DNA of 42,158 bases from Patescibacteria group bacterium (GCA_018819325.1 JAHJQJ010000031.1:1-42158); one strand, 5' to 3'; counted from the stretch's first letter, positions 1 through 9,312 are shown. Notes: generated from the letters alone by a model not told the origin. Numbers and translations: made by a program.

Positions 1-150
1 AATCGTTCATGGTTATGTTCATATATGACTACTGTAACGGTTCGCGTCTTGTTTGTGGAGAGTTCTTAGCTTAACTTAAGAATCATTTTTCGATTAGGTA
101 TCGATTCTGGTTCAGTATCATTTTGGATTAGGTGAGACTCACGTGGGAGG

Positions 151-1377
151 ATGGATGGTGGTTGTGTTAAAATGGTGAACACGAGATACCCGTTTTTAGC
201 GGGGTTTATGGAAAATAAATTTTTGGAGTTTTTTAACTACTGGATAACTGATTTTTGGAGGTTCGTTGGTAGTTTTTTTGTACATATTTTTAAGTGTTAT
301 GTATTGGTGTGTTTTTCTAAATTTGAACAGTTTAAATCTTTGGCGGTGGTGAAGATGTATCAGCAAAGGGGTAAGTATGCTCAGGCTTTTGTTCATGGTG
401 GTTTGGCTTTGGTGATGTCTTTGGGGGTAGCCTTGGGACCGTCGTTGGTGGTAGGGGAGGCTGAGGCACAAAGTATGATATCTAGCGGGGTTGGTGGAGC
501 TGTGATAATTGGTGGTGAGCAGGAAGAAGTTGAGGAGAGTAAGGTTTTGGGGACGATGACTGATTCTGTTTACTTGCAACCTTTGACAGAGGTTTCTGAT
601 AAGCCTAGGGCGGAGAAGATTGAGTATGAGGTGCAGTCGGGGGATACTTTGTCTGTGTTGGCTGAGAAGTTTGGGGTAAGTGTGGACACGATTAGATGGG
701 CTAACCCTGAGAAGATTAAGTCTGTAAAAACGGTTTTGAAGGCGGGTGATACGTTGGTAATTCCGCCAGTGACTGGGGTGGTTCATAAGGTTAAAAGTGG
801 AGAAACGGTTTATTCTATTGCCAAAAAATATGACATTTCGGCGCAAGGAATTGTGGATTTTCCGTTTAATGATTTTACCAATGATGAAACTTTTGCTTTG
901 GCGGTTGGTCAAGTTTTAGTTGTACCTGATGGAGTAATGCCAGATGTTCAGCCTTGGTCACCTACGTCTAGTCTGGCTAGGGTGTTGACGCCTGACGCTG
1001 GGTCGGTGTCGGCTACTGGGTCGTGGATTTGGCCTGCGTCTGGGAAAATTACTCAAAGATTTTTGGCGTGGCATAAAGGAATTGATATTGCTAATAAATC
1101 TGGTGGGGCTATTTTGGCGGCGGATAGTGGCAAGGTGGTAATGGCTGGTTGGTTGGACAATGCGGGTTATGGAAACAGGGTGATGGTGGATCATGGTAAT
1201 GGCTATCAGACTTTGTATGCTCATTTGTCTAAAATTAGCGTGAAAGTGGGGCAGAATGTGAAGCGTGGGGACGTATTGGGGGTGATGGGTTCGACGGGTA
1301 GGTCTACTGGAATTCATTTGCATTTTGAGATAAGGACGGCTGGGGGGAATGTTAATCCGCTGAATTACTTGAAGTGA
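151..1377 (+). CDS. LysM-domain M23 family metallopeptidase (cell-wall hydrolase)
   Basis: Two LysM-like repeats (YEVQSGDTLSVLAEKFGVSVDTIRWAN; HKVKSGETVYSIAKKYDISAQGI) precede M23 signatures (HKGIDIA, GYGNRVMVDHGNGYQTLYAHLS, GSTGRSTGIHLHFEIR). There is a hydrophobic N-terminal anchor. The exact start codon is uncertain. Confidence 0.9.
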   Translation: MDGGCVKMVNTRYPFLAGFMENKFLEFFNYWITDFWRFVGSFFVHIFKCYVLVCFSKFEQFKSLAVVKMYQQRGKYAQAFVHGGLALVMSLGVALGPSLVVGEAEAQSMISSGVGGAVIIGGEQEEVEESKVLGTMTDSVYLQPLTEVSDKPRAEKIEYEVQSGDTLSVLAEKFGVSVDTIRWANPEKIKSVKTVLKAGDTLVIPPVTGVVHKVKSGETVYSIAKKYDISAQGIVDFPFNDFTNDETFALAVGQVLVVPDGVMPDVQPWSPTSSLARVLTPDAGSVSATGSWIWPASGKITQRFLAWHKGIDIANKSGGAILAADSGKVVMAGWLDNAGYGNRVMVDHGNGYQTLYAHLSKISVKVGQNVKRGDVLGVMGSTGRSTGIHLHFEIRTAGGNVNPLNYLK

Positions 1378-2813
1378 GGAAACATAAAGGGAAACTGATT
1401 TTTTTGGCTGTTTTGGTGGTTTTTTCTTACTTTAATTGCTTAAACAATGAGTTTGTGAGTGATGATATTTTTGCGATTGTGAATAACCCTAATTTGGGAG
1501 ATTTTGGCCAGGTTTTGGCTAATCCGTTTTATTTTTTGCGACCGTTGGAGTACTTTATAGTTTTTAGTTTGTTTGGTAAAAGTGCTTTTTATTTTAGGTT
1601 GATTAGTGTGGTGTTTCATGTTATGACTGTGTGGGGAGTGTATGCGTTAGGAGGTCTATTGGTTAGTTCGTGGGTGGGGTTGACGGCGGCGGCGTTGTTT
1701 GCGGTGCATCCATTGGGGGTCGAAGCGGTGAGCTGGATCTCGGCTGGTGGATACGTGCAGATGACGGCTTTTGCTATTTGGAGTTTGGTGTTTTATTTGT
1801 TGGTTATTCTTAACAAAGGTGAGACCTTTGTTAAATATTATGTTTGGAGTGTGGTGTTGTTGCTTTTGGCGTTGTTTAGTATGGAACGGGCGGTGGTGAT
1901 AGTGGGATTGATGGGTTTATTAAGTTTTTGTTTAGGAAATTTAAAAAAATCGTGGAAGTATTTGTTGGTACCGGTGGTTTTGAGCTTGGTTTGGGTTATG
2001 GTGAGTGTTTTGGGTGTAGGAGTAAGGACGGAAAGTTTACAAGTAAATTATTATAATGATCCTGGTAAGATAAATTTTTTAATGCAGTTGCCGATAGCAA
2101 TTTCAGAGTACTTGAAACTGTTTGTATGGCCGGTGGGGTTGACTTTGTATCATTCGGATTTGGCTTTTGATGCTTGGCAGTTTGGTTTTAGGGTGGTAGT
2201 GTTGTTGGGGTTTTTGGGCAGTATTGTTTGGACTTTTATTAAAAATAAACAAGTATTTTTTTGGTTGGCTTGGTTTTTAGTTTGTTTGTCACCTACGTTA
2301 TTGCCTTTTGGACTGTCGTGGATTGTGGCAGAAAGGTATGTGTACATGGCGATGATTGGTTTGTGTGTGGTGGTGGCCATGGGGGTGGAATGGATCCTGA
2401 AACAAGTTCAGGATGACGGAGGAAGAGACATGGTAAATTTTGTGTTGGTTTTGTTGGTGGGAAGTTTGATGTTTAGAACGATTTTGAGAAACAACGACTG
2501 GCGGACAGCGGATAGTTTATGGTTTTCGGCAGAGAGATATTCAACTTTGAGCCCGCAGAACCATAATAATTTAGGGGATGCTTATGGTAAGCGGGGGATG
2601 TTGGAGTTGTCACGCGATCATTTTTTGCGGGCAATTGAGCTTAATCCTAGATATGCAGATGCGATGCATAATTTGGGGAGTGCGTATTTGCAGATGGGGG
2701 AGATTGAAAAAGCCAGAGAAAGTTTTTTAAGGGCACTGGAGAATAATCCTAATTTGTGGCAGTCGAAGAGAGCCTTGGAATCGATTGAGGAGTGGGAGAA
2801 ACAAAACCCTTGA
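1374..2813 (+). CDS. Multi-pass membrane protein (GT-C / PMT-like) with C-terminal TPR repeats
   Basis: GTGA start/stop overlap with the upstream gene. About 10 hydrophobic helices are followed by TPR-like repeats (NNLGDAYGKRG, AIELNPRYADAMHNLGSAYLQMGEIEKA, ALENNPN). It carries in-frame palindromic inserts at 1810-1834 and 2392-2419. Confidence 0.6.
   Translation: MRKHKGKLIFLAVLVVFSYFNCLNNEFVSDDIFAIVNNPNLGDFGQVLANPFYFLRPLEYFIVFSLFGKSAFYFRLISVVFHVMTVWGVYALGGLLVSSWVGLTAAALFAVHPLGVEAVSWISAGGYVQMTAFAIWSLVFYLLVILNKGETFVKYYVWSVVLLLLALFSMERAVVIVGLMGLLSFCLGNLKKSWKYLLVPVVLSLVWVMVSVLGVGVRTESLQVNYYNDPGKINFLMQLPIAISEYLKLFVWPVGLTLYHSDLAFDAWQFGFRVVVLLGFLGSIVWTFIKNKQVFFWLAWFLVCLSPTLLPFGLSWIVAERYVYMAMIGLCVVVAMGVEWILKQVQDDGGRDMVNFVLVLLVGSLMFRTILRNNDWRTADSLWFSAERYSTLSPQNHNNLGDAYGKRGMLELSRDHFLRAIELNPRYADAMHNLGSAYLQMGEIEKARESFLRALENNPNLWQSKRALESIEEWEKQNP
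1810..1834 (+). repeat. REP-B palindrome copy (TTAACAAAGGTGAGACCTTTGTTAA), in frame within a CDS
   Basis: Perfect 10-11 bp stem with a GAGA loop. The same element flanks RAYT-2. Here it is translated as LNKGETFVK. Confidence 0.85.
2392..2419 (+). repeat. Palindromic element PE-L (GGATCCTGAAACAAGTTCAGGATGACGG), in frame within a CDS
   Basis: CCTGAA/TTCAGG hairpin with a GGATGACG tail. A second copy lies at 21798-21836. Here it is translated as ILKQVQDDG. Confidence 0.75.
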
Positions 2814-3643
2814 GGAAGTAGAGGCCATAGGTGAGGTGAGTGAGGAGGATGGTAGGAACTAGGAGGAAAGAGTGGTGGTAAAGGCCAGTTAGGATGAGGA
2901 GGGGTAAGTAAATGGGCCAGACTATGGGGAGAGTGATGAGTAAAAATGAGGGGAGCGAAGTATCCTGGTTTAAGGGAGGTTTTGGGGAGGATGCGGGCGA
3001 AAAGTCCGCGGTGAAAGCCGAAACGGGAGATTTGTTTTAAGTGAGGAATGAAGATTGGTCGGCGGTGGTGGAAGACTTGGATGCTGGGGTGGTAGAGGAT
3101 TTTTTTGTGTAGTTTATAGACAAGGTCGTGGCAGAGTTTGGTGTCTTCACCCGGCCAGAATGAGGTGTTAAAGCCCTTTACTTTATTGAAGTCTGATTTC
3201 TTGACGATTAGATTGGATGATGGAAAATCGGTAACGAAGCGGGGGGGTGAGATTTTGTTGCGATAAGTACCGGCGCCACCTGCGCCAAGCCAGGATGACC
3301 AAACTAAACCTGAGGTTTTTTGGTAAAGATTGTCTTGGGGAGGGGTAAGATTGGGGCCGCAGACGGCACTAATGTGGGCGGGTTTTAGGTGTTTTGTGGC
3401 ATTTTTGAGCCAGTCTGAGTGAGGATAAGCGTCTGAATCGATAAAGGCTAGATATTTACCTTTTGCTTTTTTGGTGGCGTAGTTGCGTTTGTTGGCGGGG
3501 TCACCAGGGCAGATTTTGTCGGTGATGATGATGGTTTCAAAATTTTGGTGAGATTGATTTTTTATGGCAGGCAGAAGTTCTGGACAAAGATCTTTTTTAG
3601 TTTTGCAGGGGATGATGATGGAGAAAGGTGGTAAGGATTGCAT
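2618..3643 (-). CDS. Family 2 glycosyltransferase with an aberrant low-complexity C-terminal tail
   Basis: GT2 motifs FSIIIPCKTK, IIITD and AFIDSDAYP (DxD). The last ~105 codons are Pro/His/Ser-rich and run 196 nt into the convergent gene 1374-2813. Confidence 0.75.
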   Translation of the reverse strand: MQSLPPFSIIIPCKTKKDLCPELLPAIKNQSHQNFETIIITDKICPGDPANKRNYATKKAKGKYLAFIDSDAYPHSDWLKNATKHLKPAHISAVCGPNLTPPQDNLYQKTSGLVWSSWLGAGGAGTYRNKISPPRFVTDFPSSNLIVKKSDFNKVKGFNTSFWPGEDTKLCHDLVYKLHKKILYHPSIQVFHHRRPIFIPHLKQISRFGFHRGLFARILPKTSLKPGYFAPLIFTHHSPHSLAHLLTPPHPNWPLPPLFPPSSYHPPHSPHLWPLLPQGFCFSHSSIDSKALFDCHKLGLFSSALKKLSLAFSISPICKYALPKLCIASAYLGLSSIARKK

Positions 3644-3671
3644 AATGGTATTTTAACTTAATTTTGATGGT

Positions 3672-3690
3672 GTGCACCTCCAAGGTGCAC
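3672..3690 (+). repeat. REP-A palindrome copy 1 (GTGCACCTCCAAGGTGCAC)
   Basis: 8-bp stem GTGCACCT/AGGTGCAC with a 3-nt loop, 26 nt upstream of the RAYT-1 start. Confidence 0.9.
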
Positions 3691-3716
3691 GGCCTTTGTG
3701 GTAAGATGGTGATAAT

Positions 3717-4388
3717 ATGCCAGGAAGGAAAGAGCTGTTGGTAACGGGTGAGTATTATCATGTTTTTAATAAAGGTATAGACCAGAGGAGTACGTTTGAT
3801 GATAAAAGTGACTATAAAAGAATGGTTGAGACGCTTGGATTTTATCGGTTTATGGAGCCTGGCATTAGATTGTCGAGATATTTTGAATATGAGGAGAAAA
3901 TGAAGAATGAATATCTTGAGAATTTGGAATCTGAGGATTTATTGGTTGATGTACTGGTTTATGAACTGATGCCGAACCATTTTCATTTAATTATTAGACA
4001 ATTGGTGGATGGAGGATTATCTTTGTATATGAGTCGGGCAATAAATAGCTATACTCGTTATTTTAATGTTCGTCATGAGAGGAAGGGAGGACTGTTTACT
4101 GGAAATTTTAAGGCGGTAAGGATTGGGTCTGCTGAACAGATGAAGCATGTTTCAAGGTATGTGCATTTAAATTTGTATACAGCAAAAATTGTGAATAATT
4201 TTCGTGCGTTAGCTGGTTACGAATGGTCGTCATTGCCAGAGTACCTGGGTAAAAAAGATGGTTTGTGTAATAAAGAAATGATTTTGGGGTTGTTTGGTGA
4301 TAATGTTGAGAGATATTGGAAGTTTATAAAAGATGGGTCTGATTATCAGAGGAGGTTGAGTGAGATTAAAAAATTGATGTTGGAGTAA
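3717..4388 (+). CDS. IS200-like Y1 (HUH) transposase, REP-associated tyrosine transposase class (RAYT-1)
   Basis: YHVFNKG N-terminal motif, HUH motif LMPNHFHLIIRQ and catalytic-Tyr region VSRYVHLNL. Flanked on both sides by REP-A. Confidence 0.85.
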   Translation: MPGRKELLVTGEYYHVFNKGIDQRSTFDDKSDYKRMVETLGFYRFMEPGIRLSRYFEYEEKMKNEYLENLESEDLLVDVLVYELMPNHFHLIIRQLVDGGLSLYMSRAINSYTRYFNVRHERKGGLFTGNFKAVRIGSAEQMKHVSRYVHLNLYTAKIVNNFRALAGYEWSSLPEYLGKKDGLCNKEMILGLFGDNVERYWKFIKDGSDYQRRLSEIKKLMLE

Positions 4389-4390
4389 GT

Positions 4391-4409
4391 GTGCACCTCC
4401 AAGGTGCAC
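4391..4409 (+). repeat. REP-A palindrome copy 2
   Basis: Identical 19-mer, 2 nt after the RAYT-1 stop codon, in the same orientation as copy 1. Confidence 0.9.
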
Positions 4410-4411
4410 GT

Positions 4412-5155
4412 TTAAGAGTAGTAGTGGAGGATGCGGAGGCGGTAGAAGACGGCGGCGGTTTCCCAAAGCATTTGGTATATGGTTTTTAGGGTGGCGGCGG
4501 AGGTTAAGTTGCCTGATTGGAAGTTTAGTTTAATAGGGGCTTCATATATTCGTTTGAAACCTAAGTGATTGGCTACTGCTAAAAGTTCGATGTCGAAGGC
4601 GTAGTGTTTGACGACTAAACGGGGCAGGACCTTTTTTAGAACTTTGGCTCGGAAAAGTTTGATGCCTGCTTGGGTATCGGTAAGTTTGATGCCAAATAAG
4701 AGCTTGACTAAACGATGGTAGCCCCAGCTTAAGACTCGGCGATTAAAAGGATAGTTTATTTGGGAGGCCAAATGGCGTTTGGAGCCGACGATGATGTCTG
4801 CTTTGTACCATTCTAGATGTGCAAGAAGCATGGAAAGTCCGGCGGGGTCTATTTCTCTACCAGCGTCGATGAAGGCTATTAAGTCGCCTTTGGCCTTGGT
4901 GAAACCAAAACGGACGGCGTGGCCTTTGCCTTGGTTTTTTTTAAGTAGGTAGGTTTTGACGTTTGGCTTGTCCTGGGCGAAGGTTTTGGCTTTTTGATAG
5001 GTGGAATCAACGGCGCCGTCTACTATTATTATCATCTCGAATGGTTGGTTGGATTTGCCAAGAACTTGATAGATGTGTTTTAAGTCACCGGTGATGGTTC
5101 TTGCTTGTTTGTGGGCAGGAATGATGACTGATAAAAGTGTTGGTTTCATATACAA
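4412..5155 (-). CDS. Family 2 glycosyltransferase (polyprenyl-phosphate sugar synthase-like)
   Basis: LSVIIPAHKQ, IIIVDGAVDST, IAFIDAG. About 247 aa, soluble DPM1-like architecture. Confidence 0.8.
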   Translation of the reverse strand: MYMKPTLLSVIIPAHKQARTITGDLKHIYQVLGKSNQPFEMIIIVDGAVDSTYQKAKTFAQDKPNVKTYLLKKNQGKGHAVRFGFTKAKGDLIAFIDAGREIDPAGLSMLLAHLEWYKADIIVGSKRHLASQINYPFNRRVLSWGYHRLVKLLFGIKLTDTQAGIKLFRAKVLKKVLPRLVVKHYAFDIELLAVANHLGFKRIYEAPIKLNFQSGNLTSAATLKTIYQMLWETAAVFYRLRILHYYS

Positions 5156-5162
5156 TCTGACT

Positions 5163-6176
5163 ATGAAGTCTGTGAGTGTGATTATAGCGACATTTAATGC
5201 GGGAAGTGTGTTTGAAGAGTATCTGAAGAGTATTAAGAGTCAGGATTATGACCATAAAAAAATTGAGATTATTGTGGCGGATGGTGGATCGACGGATGGA
5301 ACTGTTGAGTTGGCCAAAAAATATGGTTGCAGGGTGATTATGGAAAAAACTGGTAGTCCGGAAGGAGCCAAGGCGGTAGCCTTGAAAAAGGCTAAAAACG
5401 AGTTAATATTGATAGGAGATAGTGATAATATCTGGCCTAGTAAGACTTGGCTTAAGAAAATGATAGAGAAAGATTCTGGACAAGCCAGAATGACGAAGGA
5501 GATACTGGCGGTTTATCCTTGGAGATATACGTATAGAAAAAAAGATAGTTTGATGAATCGGTATTTTGCTTTGTTGGGGGCCAATGACCCGGTGGTGTGG
5601 TTTTTGGGTAAAACAGATAGGCAGAGTTATTTATCTGATAAGTGGGGTCTGGGGGGCAAGCTAATTAAAGAAACAAAAAAATATTTTGTGGTGGAGTATA
5701 GCCAAGATAACTTGCCAACCGTGGGGGCTAATGGGTTTTTAATAAGGCGAAAAGATTTGTTAAAGGCCAAGGTGGGTGAGAAAGATTATTTTCATATAGA
5801 TGTAATTTTAGATTTAGTTAAGAAAAAACCTAGGAAATTTGTGGTTTTGAAGACTGACATTGTTCACAAGACCGGTGAGGACTTGGTAAGTTTTTTGAGG
5901 AAGCGTAGCAGGTACATGAGAGAGTTATATTTGCGGGATAGCTCTAGACGGAGGTATTTTATTTATAAACTTGGTAGGGATGAAGTTAAGACTTTGTGGT
6001 TCTCTCTATATGCTTTGAGTGTGGTGTTGCCATTGATAGACGCTATTAAAGGATATGTTAAAAAAAGAGATTTGGCCTGGTTTATGCACCCGGTGATGTG
6101 TTTTTGTATTTTTTGGGTGTATTTTTTAGTTGTGTTAAGGCACTTGTGGGAAGTTAAGATAAGAAATATATTATGA
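5163..6176 (+). CDS. Family 2 glycosyltransferase with C-terminal membrane segment
   Basis: The start is moved to ATG 5163 (MKSVSVIIATFNAG), because the upstream part of ORF 5073 overlaps the divergent gene. Motifs IIVADGGSTDGT and LIGDSDN. In-frame element at 5473-5495. Confidence 0.8.
   Translation: MKSVSVIIATFNAGSVFEEYLKSIKSQDYDHKKIEIIVADGGSTDGTVELAKKYGCRVIMEKTGSPEGAKAVALKKAKNELILIGDSDNIWPSKTWLKKMIEKDSGQARMTKEILAVYPWRYTYRKKDSLMNRYFALLGANDPVVWFLGKTDRQSYLSDKWGLGGKLIKETKKYFVVEYSQDNLPTVGANGFLIRRKDLLKAKVGEKDYFHIDVILDLVKKKPRKFVVLKTDIVHKTGEDLVSFLRKRSRYMRELYLRDSSRRRYFIYKLGRDEVKTLWFSLYALSVVLPLIDAIKGYVKKRDLAWFMHPVMCFCIFWVYFLVVLRHLWEVKIRNIL
5473..5495 (+). repeat. Short hairpin element (ATTCTGGACAAGCCAGAATGACG), in frame within a CDS
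   Basis: TTCTGG/CCAGAA stem. Identical to the right end of the 64-nt element at 29967-30030. Translated as DSGQARMT; the same peptide occurs in ORF 40491-41921. Confidence 0.8.
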
Positions 6177-6943
6177 AACCTAAATTATCGGTAGTTATCT
6201 GTACCAAGGGGAGAGATGAGACTTTAAAAGAAACCCTGGAGAGTTTAAAGAAACAGTCGTTTAAAAACTGGGAGTTGGTGGTGGTTAGGGAGACGCCTTT
6301 GTCTAAGGCTAGGGACTTGGGCTGGCGACGGAGTAAGGGAGAGATTGTGGCTTGGATTGATGATGATGTGGTTTTAGATAAAGACTGGGCTAAAAATTTA
6401 GTTAAGATTTTTGATGAGAATAAAGATGTGGGTGGGGTGAGTGGACCAACGATTGTGCCGGCTGACTTACTTAAAAACAGAATGGTGTTTTGGTGGTATG
6501 GAGCTAAGGGGTGGAAGAAGCCTTTGGCTTGGATTTGGAAACAGACAATGCTTAATGGTAAACCGTTTGCGGTTGGGAGAATTTGGAAGATTGGTTGGTG
6601 GTCGCCAGGGTCTAATTTTAAGGAGTGTTTGAAACTTAAGGGACTGCAAGAAGTTGACTATTTAGAGGCTTGCAACATGAGTTTAAGGAGGAGTTTGGTA
6701 AAAAAAGTGGGTGGGTTTGATTTAGGGTATGAAGGCACCAGTGAGTGGTGCGAGGTAGATTTAGCCATGAGAGTTGCTCGTTTAGGTCAAAATAAAGTGA
6801 ACGATCGTTCATGTAAGTTGGTGTGGAGCAGAGAGGTTAAATTAAAACACATGGTGAGTCGGGCGGGGGTGTATGTTGACAGACGACGATTGAAGGAGAG
6901 ATTTAAAAATTATTTTAGGTTTTATAGGAGGCATATTTTATGA
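6173..6943 (+). CDS. Family 2 glycosyltransferase
   Basis: LSVVICTKGR and VAWIDDDVV. 4-nt overlaps with both neighbouring genes. Confidence 0.8.
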   Translation: MKPKLSVVICTKGRDETLKETLESLKKQSFKNWELVVVRETPLSKARDLGWRRSKGEIVAWIDDDVVLDKDWAKNLVKIFDENKDVGGVSGPTIVPADLLKNRMVFWWYGAKGWKKPLAWIWKQTMLNGKPFAVGRIWKIGWWSPGSNFKECLKLKGLQEVDYLEACNMSLRRSLVKKVGGFDLGYEGTSEWCEVDLAMRVARLGQNKVNDRSCKLVWSREVKLKHMVSRAGVYVDRRRLKERFKNYFRFYRRHIL

Positions 6944-7917
6944 AAGTTTCAGTGGTGATTGCCAACAAGGATGGGGAAAGGTTTTTGAAGCGGTGTTTGG
7001 ATTCGATTTTGGTGGAGAAGGGGGATTATGAGGTGATTGTGGTGGATGACCCCGCACCACGTGGGGTGCAGGGCAAGCGGACCAATAGAGTAAGAAGAAT
7101 TGGGTTGCCGAGGAATGTGGGGGCGGCAGAGGCGAGGAATATTGGAGTTAAGAATTCAACAGGAGAGTATATTATGTTTTTGGATGTGGATACTAAGATT
7201 CAACCTGGTTGGTATAAGGAAGTTTTGAGTTTTTTTAAGAGAAATAAGAAAACCGGGGCGGCGCAGGTAAAGATTTTGAGGTTACGAACCTCAAACTTTG
7301 ACTCGGCTGGGGAGTTCATGGGGCCGTTTGGGTTTTTGATTGAACGGGCGAGGATGAGTGAGGATAAAGGCCAGTTTGACCAGGAAGATAAGATTTTTTC
7401 TGGTAAATCGGCGGGGATGATTATTAGGCGAGAGGTGTTTGAAAAATTAAACGGGTTTGATAGAGATTACTGGATTTTTTTAGAGGATACCGATTTATTT
7501 TGGAGAACTTGGTTGTTGGGTTGGGAAGTTAGATTTTGCCCAAAAATTGTGGTTGAACATGCGTACTTAACCAAAGAAAAACCAATGAAGTTTTATGTTG
7601 AGAATAAGGTGTTTTATAGAGGAGCAAGAAATACAATTATGAACTTGGTTAAAAATATAGAGGCTAAAAGATGGTGGGTGGTGTTAGTAAATGTGTTATG
7701 TTGGTTGGTGTTGGGGGTGGTGCTTTGTTTAAAGGGAGATTTTCAGCGTGGATGGGCAATGTTTGCTGGGGTGGGATGGAATATAATTAACTTGCCCAAG
7801 ACGTTAAAAAAAAGAATGGTGTGTGGTAATAAGTTGCCTGATGAAGTTATGGCAAAGCGGAGTTTAGGTTATTATTTAGGTAAGGCGAAAGCTTATGTTA
7901 CGGGAAAACCATTTTGA
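6940..7917 (+). CDS. Family 2 glycosyltransferase
   Basis: VSVVIANKDGE, VIVVDD, IMFLDVDT and a C-terminal TM helix. Element PE-D is inserted right after the VVDD motif. Confidence 0.8.
   Translation: MKVSVVIANKDGERFLKRCLDSILVEKGDYEVIVVDDPAPRGVQGKRTNRVRRIGLPRNVGAAEARNIGVKNSTGEYIMFLDVDTKIQPGWYKEVLSFFKRNKKTGAAQVKILRLRTSNFDSAGEFMGPFGFLIERARMSEDKGQFDQEDKIFSGKSAGMIIRREVFEKLNGFDRDYWIFLEDTDLFWRTWLLGWEVRFCPKIVVEHAYLTKEKPMKFYVENKVFYRGARNTIMNLVKNIEAKRWWVVLVNVLCWLVLGVVLCLKGDFQRGWAMFAGVGWNIINLPKTLKKRMVCGNKLPDEVMAKRSLGYYLGKAKAYVTGKPF
7050..7073 (+). repeat. Palindromic element PE-D variant (CCCCGCACCACGTGGGGTGCAGGG), in frame within a CDS
   Basis: GCACC/GGTGC stem. Translated as PAPRGVQG. Confidence 0.7.
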
Positions 7918-7932
7918 TAAGGCTACAATTTT

Positions 7933-8583
7933 TTGGAGAGATATAGAAGTAGGAGTGTTGAGAAAAAAGTTCCAGTTCCGAACTGGTTTTTTTTGGATTT
8001 AGGGTGTGGTGAAGGGGCGATAGCTAGAGCGGTTTTTGATAAGCCCCGCACCGGTCGGTGCAGGGTGATATGGGGGTTGGATAATGATAAAGAAATGGTA
8101 AAAAAGGCCAAGAAAAGCAGGATGTATAAAAAGGTGTTGTTGGCGGATGCGGGTAAGATTCCACTTGATGACGGAGTGGTGGATTTGGTGTTTAGCAACT
8201 CTGTTTTGGAGCATATAAAAGAGATAGATAAAGTTTTAAGTGAGATTAATAGGGTTTTGAAGCCTGGTGGGAGACTGGTTTTTACGGTGCCGAGTAACAA
8301 ATTAGGTGAGTATTTGGGTTGGGGTAGACTATATGCTTTTATTTTTAATAAAAAATATAATCATTATCATTTGTATGACCTGCCAAGATGGAAAAAGATC
8401 TTGGGCGGGCATGGTTTGAAGATAGTTAAGAGTAAAAGTTATTTAAGTAAGGAGGATGTTAGACATTGGCACAAGTTATTGTGGCAACAGAAATTAGGGT
8501 TGAAATCTAAGAATTTTACCGGTTACGAACCGGTAAGATTGGGGGCGGGGTTAGCGGTGGTAGCTAGAAAGAAAATAGTCTAG
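7933..8583 (+). CDS. Class I SAM-dependent methyltransferase (type 11)
   Basis: Motif I LDLGCGEGA and the post-I/II region VDLVFSNSVLEHI...LKPGGRLVF. Start uncertain. A PE-D insert follows motif I. Confidence 0.75.
   Translation: MERYRSRSVEKKVPVPNWFFLDLGCGEGAIARAVFDKPRTGRCRVIWGLDNDKEMVKKAKKSRMYKKVLLADAGKIPLDDGVVDLVFSNSVLEHIKEIDKVLSEINRVLKPGGRLVFTVPSNKLGEYLGWGRLYAFIFNKKYNHYHLYDLPRWKKILGGHGLKIVKSKSYLSKEDVRHWHKLLWQQKLGLKSKNFTGYEPVRLGAGLAVVARKKIV
8044..8068 (+). repeat. Palindromic element PE-D (CCCCGCACCGGTCGGTGCAGGGTGA), in frame within a CDS
   Basis: GCACC-N4-GGTGC hairpin. Translated as KPRTGRCRV. Confidence 0.8.
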
Positions 8584-9312
8584 ATCGGCGGGCGTGCCTA
8601 GTCGCCAGGCTTGTTTGGTAACGGCTATCTGGACTTTTTTGCCTTGATCTAGGAGTCGTTGATAGATTGGAGCTACGTAGAACTCTTGTTTGCCTTGTGG
8701 GCCTGAAACAAGGTTCTTTTTTATCATGTTTTCTACTTGGTCTACAAACGTTTTGGCTTTAGAAAAATAATAGGCGCCGATGTTTGAGTAGGCGCCTTGG
8801 GCGGCAAGAACTGGATCTTTTTCGGCTATTTTAATGGCATATTTATTATCTGGTGCTAGAGAGTAGCTGTGTTTTATTTCGTTGTCTATGGGAGTGTCTA
8901 CTGGAATTACTCCAACAGTATCGCTGTCTTTATTTTTAATGGTTTGGCAAAATATCTGGCCATTGAAGTAGTGATCCGAGTCGGAGATGATGATGTCTTC
9001 ATTTGGATCTACGGTTTTGGCGGCTATCAAGGCAGTTTCGGCCGCACCCCTAGTAGCCTTGGAAATAGAGATTACTTGGATTTTTGGACTGAACAGAGAT
9101 TTTAATTTTGGTTCTAGTTGGTGTTGTTTGAGAGTAACGAAAATAAAATCGTTTGGAGTGAGATTGAAGGAGGAAAGAGAGTCTATGGCCCAGTTAATCA
9201 TGGGTTTGCCTAAAACATTAATTAAAGGTTTGGGTTTTTTGAACTCTGGATTTAGATGGGCGGCAACGGAGAAACGAGAACCATGACCGGCCATGGGGAT
9301 GATAACTTTCAT
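8551..9312 (-). CDS. Sugar-phosphate nucleotidyltransferase
   Basis: N-terminal MKVIIPMAGHGSRF (GxGxR signature) with a Rossmann-like layout, 253 aa. Confidence 0.7.
   Translation of the reverse strand: MKVIIPMAGHGSRFSVAAHLNPEFKKPKPLINVLGKPMINWAIDSLSSFNLTPNDFIFVTLKQHQLEPKLKSLFSPKIQVISISKATRGAAETALIAAKTVDPNEDIIISDSDHYFNGQIFCQTIKNKDSDTVGVIPVDTPIDNEIKHSYSLAPDNKYAIKIAEKDPVLAAQGAYSNIGAYYFSKAKTFVDQVENMIKKNLVSGPQGKQEFYVAPIYQRLLDQGKKVQIAVTKQAWRLGTPADLDYFLSSYHR

Noticed and set aside
196-1323. Long antisense ORFs (196-912, 958-1323; similar ones opposite many genes, e.g. 31595-32284, 27885-28355, 13122-13433)
   Set aside because: They are Arg/Pro/His/Ser-rich low-complexity translations opposite well-supported genes. 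The G+T-rich coding strands leave the complementary frames poor in stop codons.
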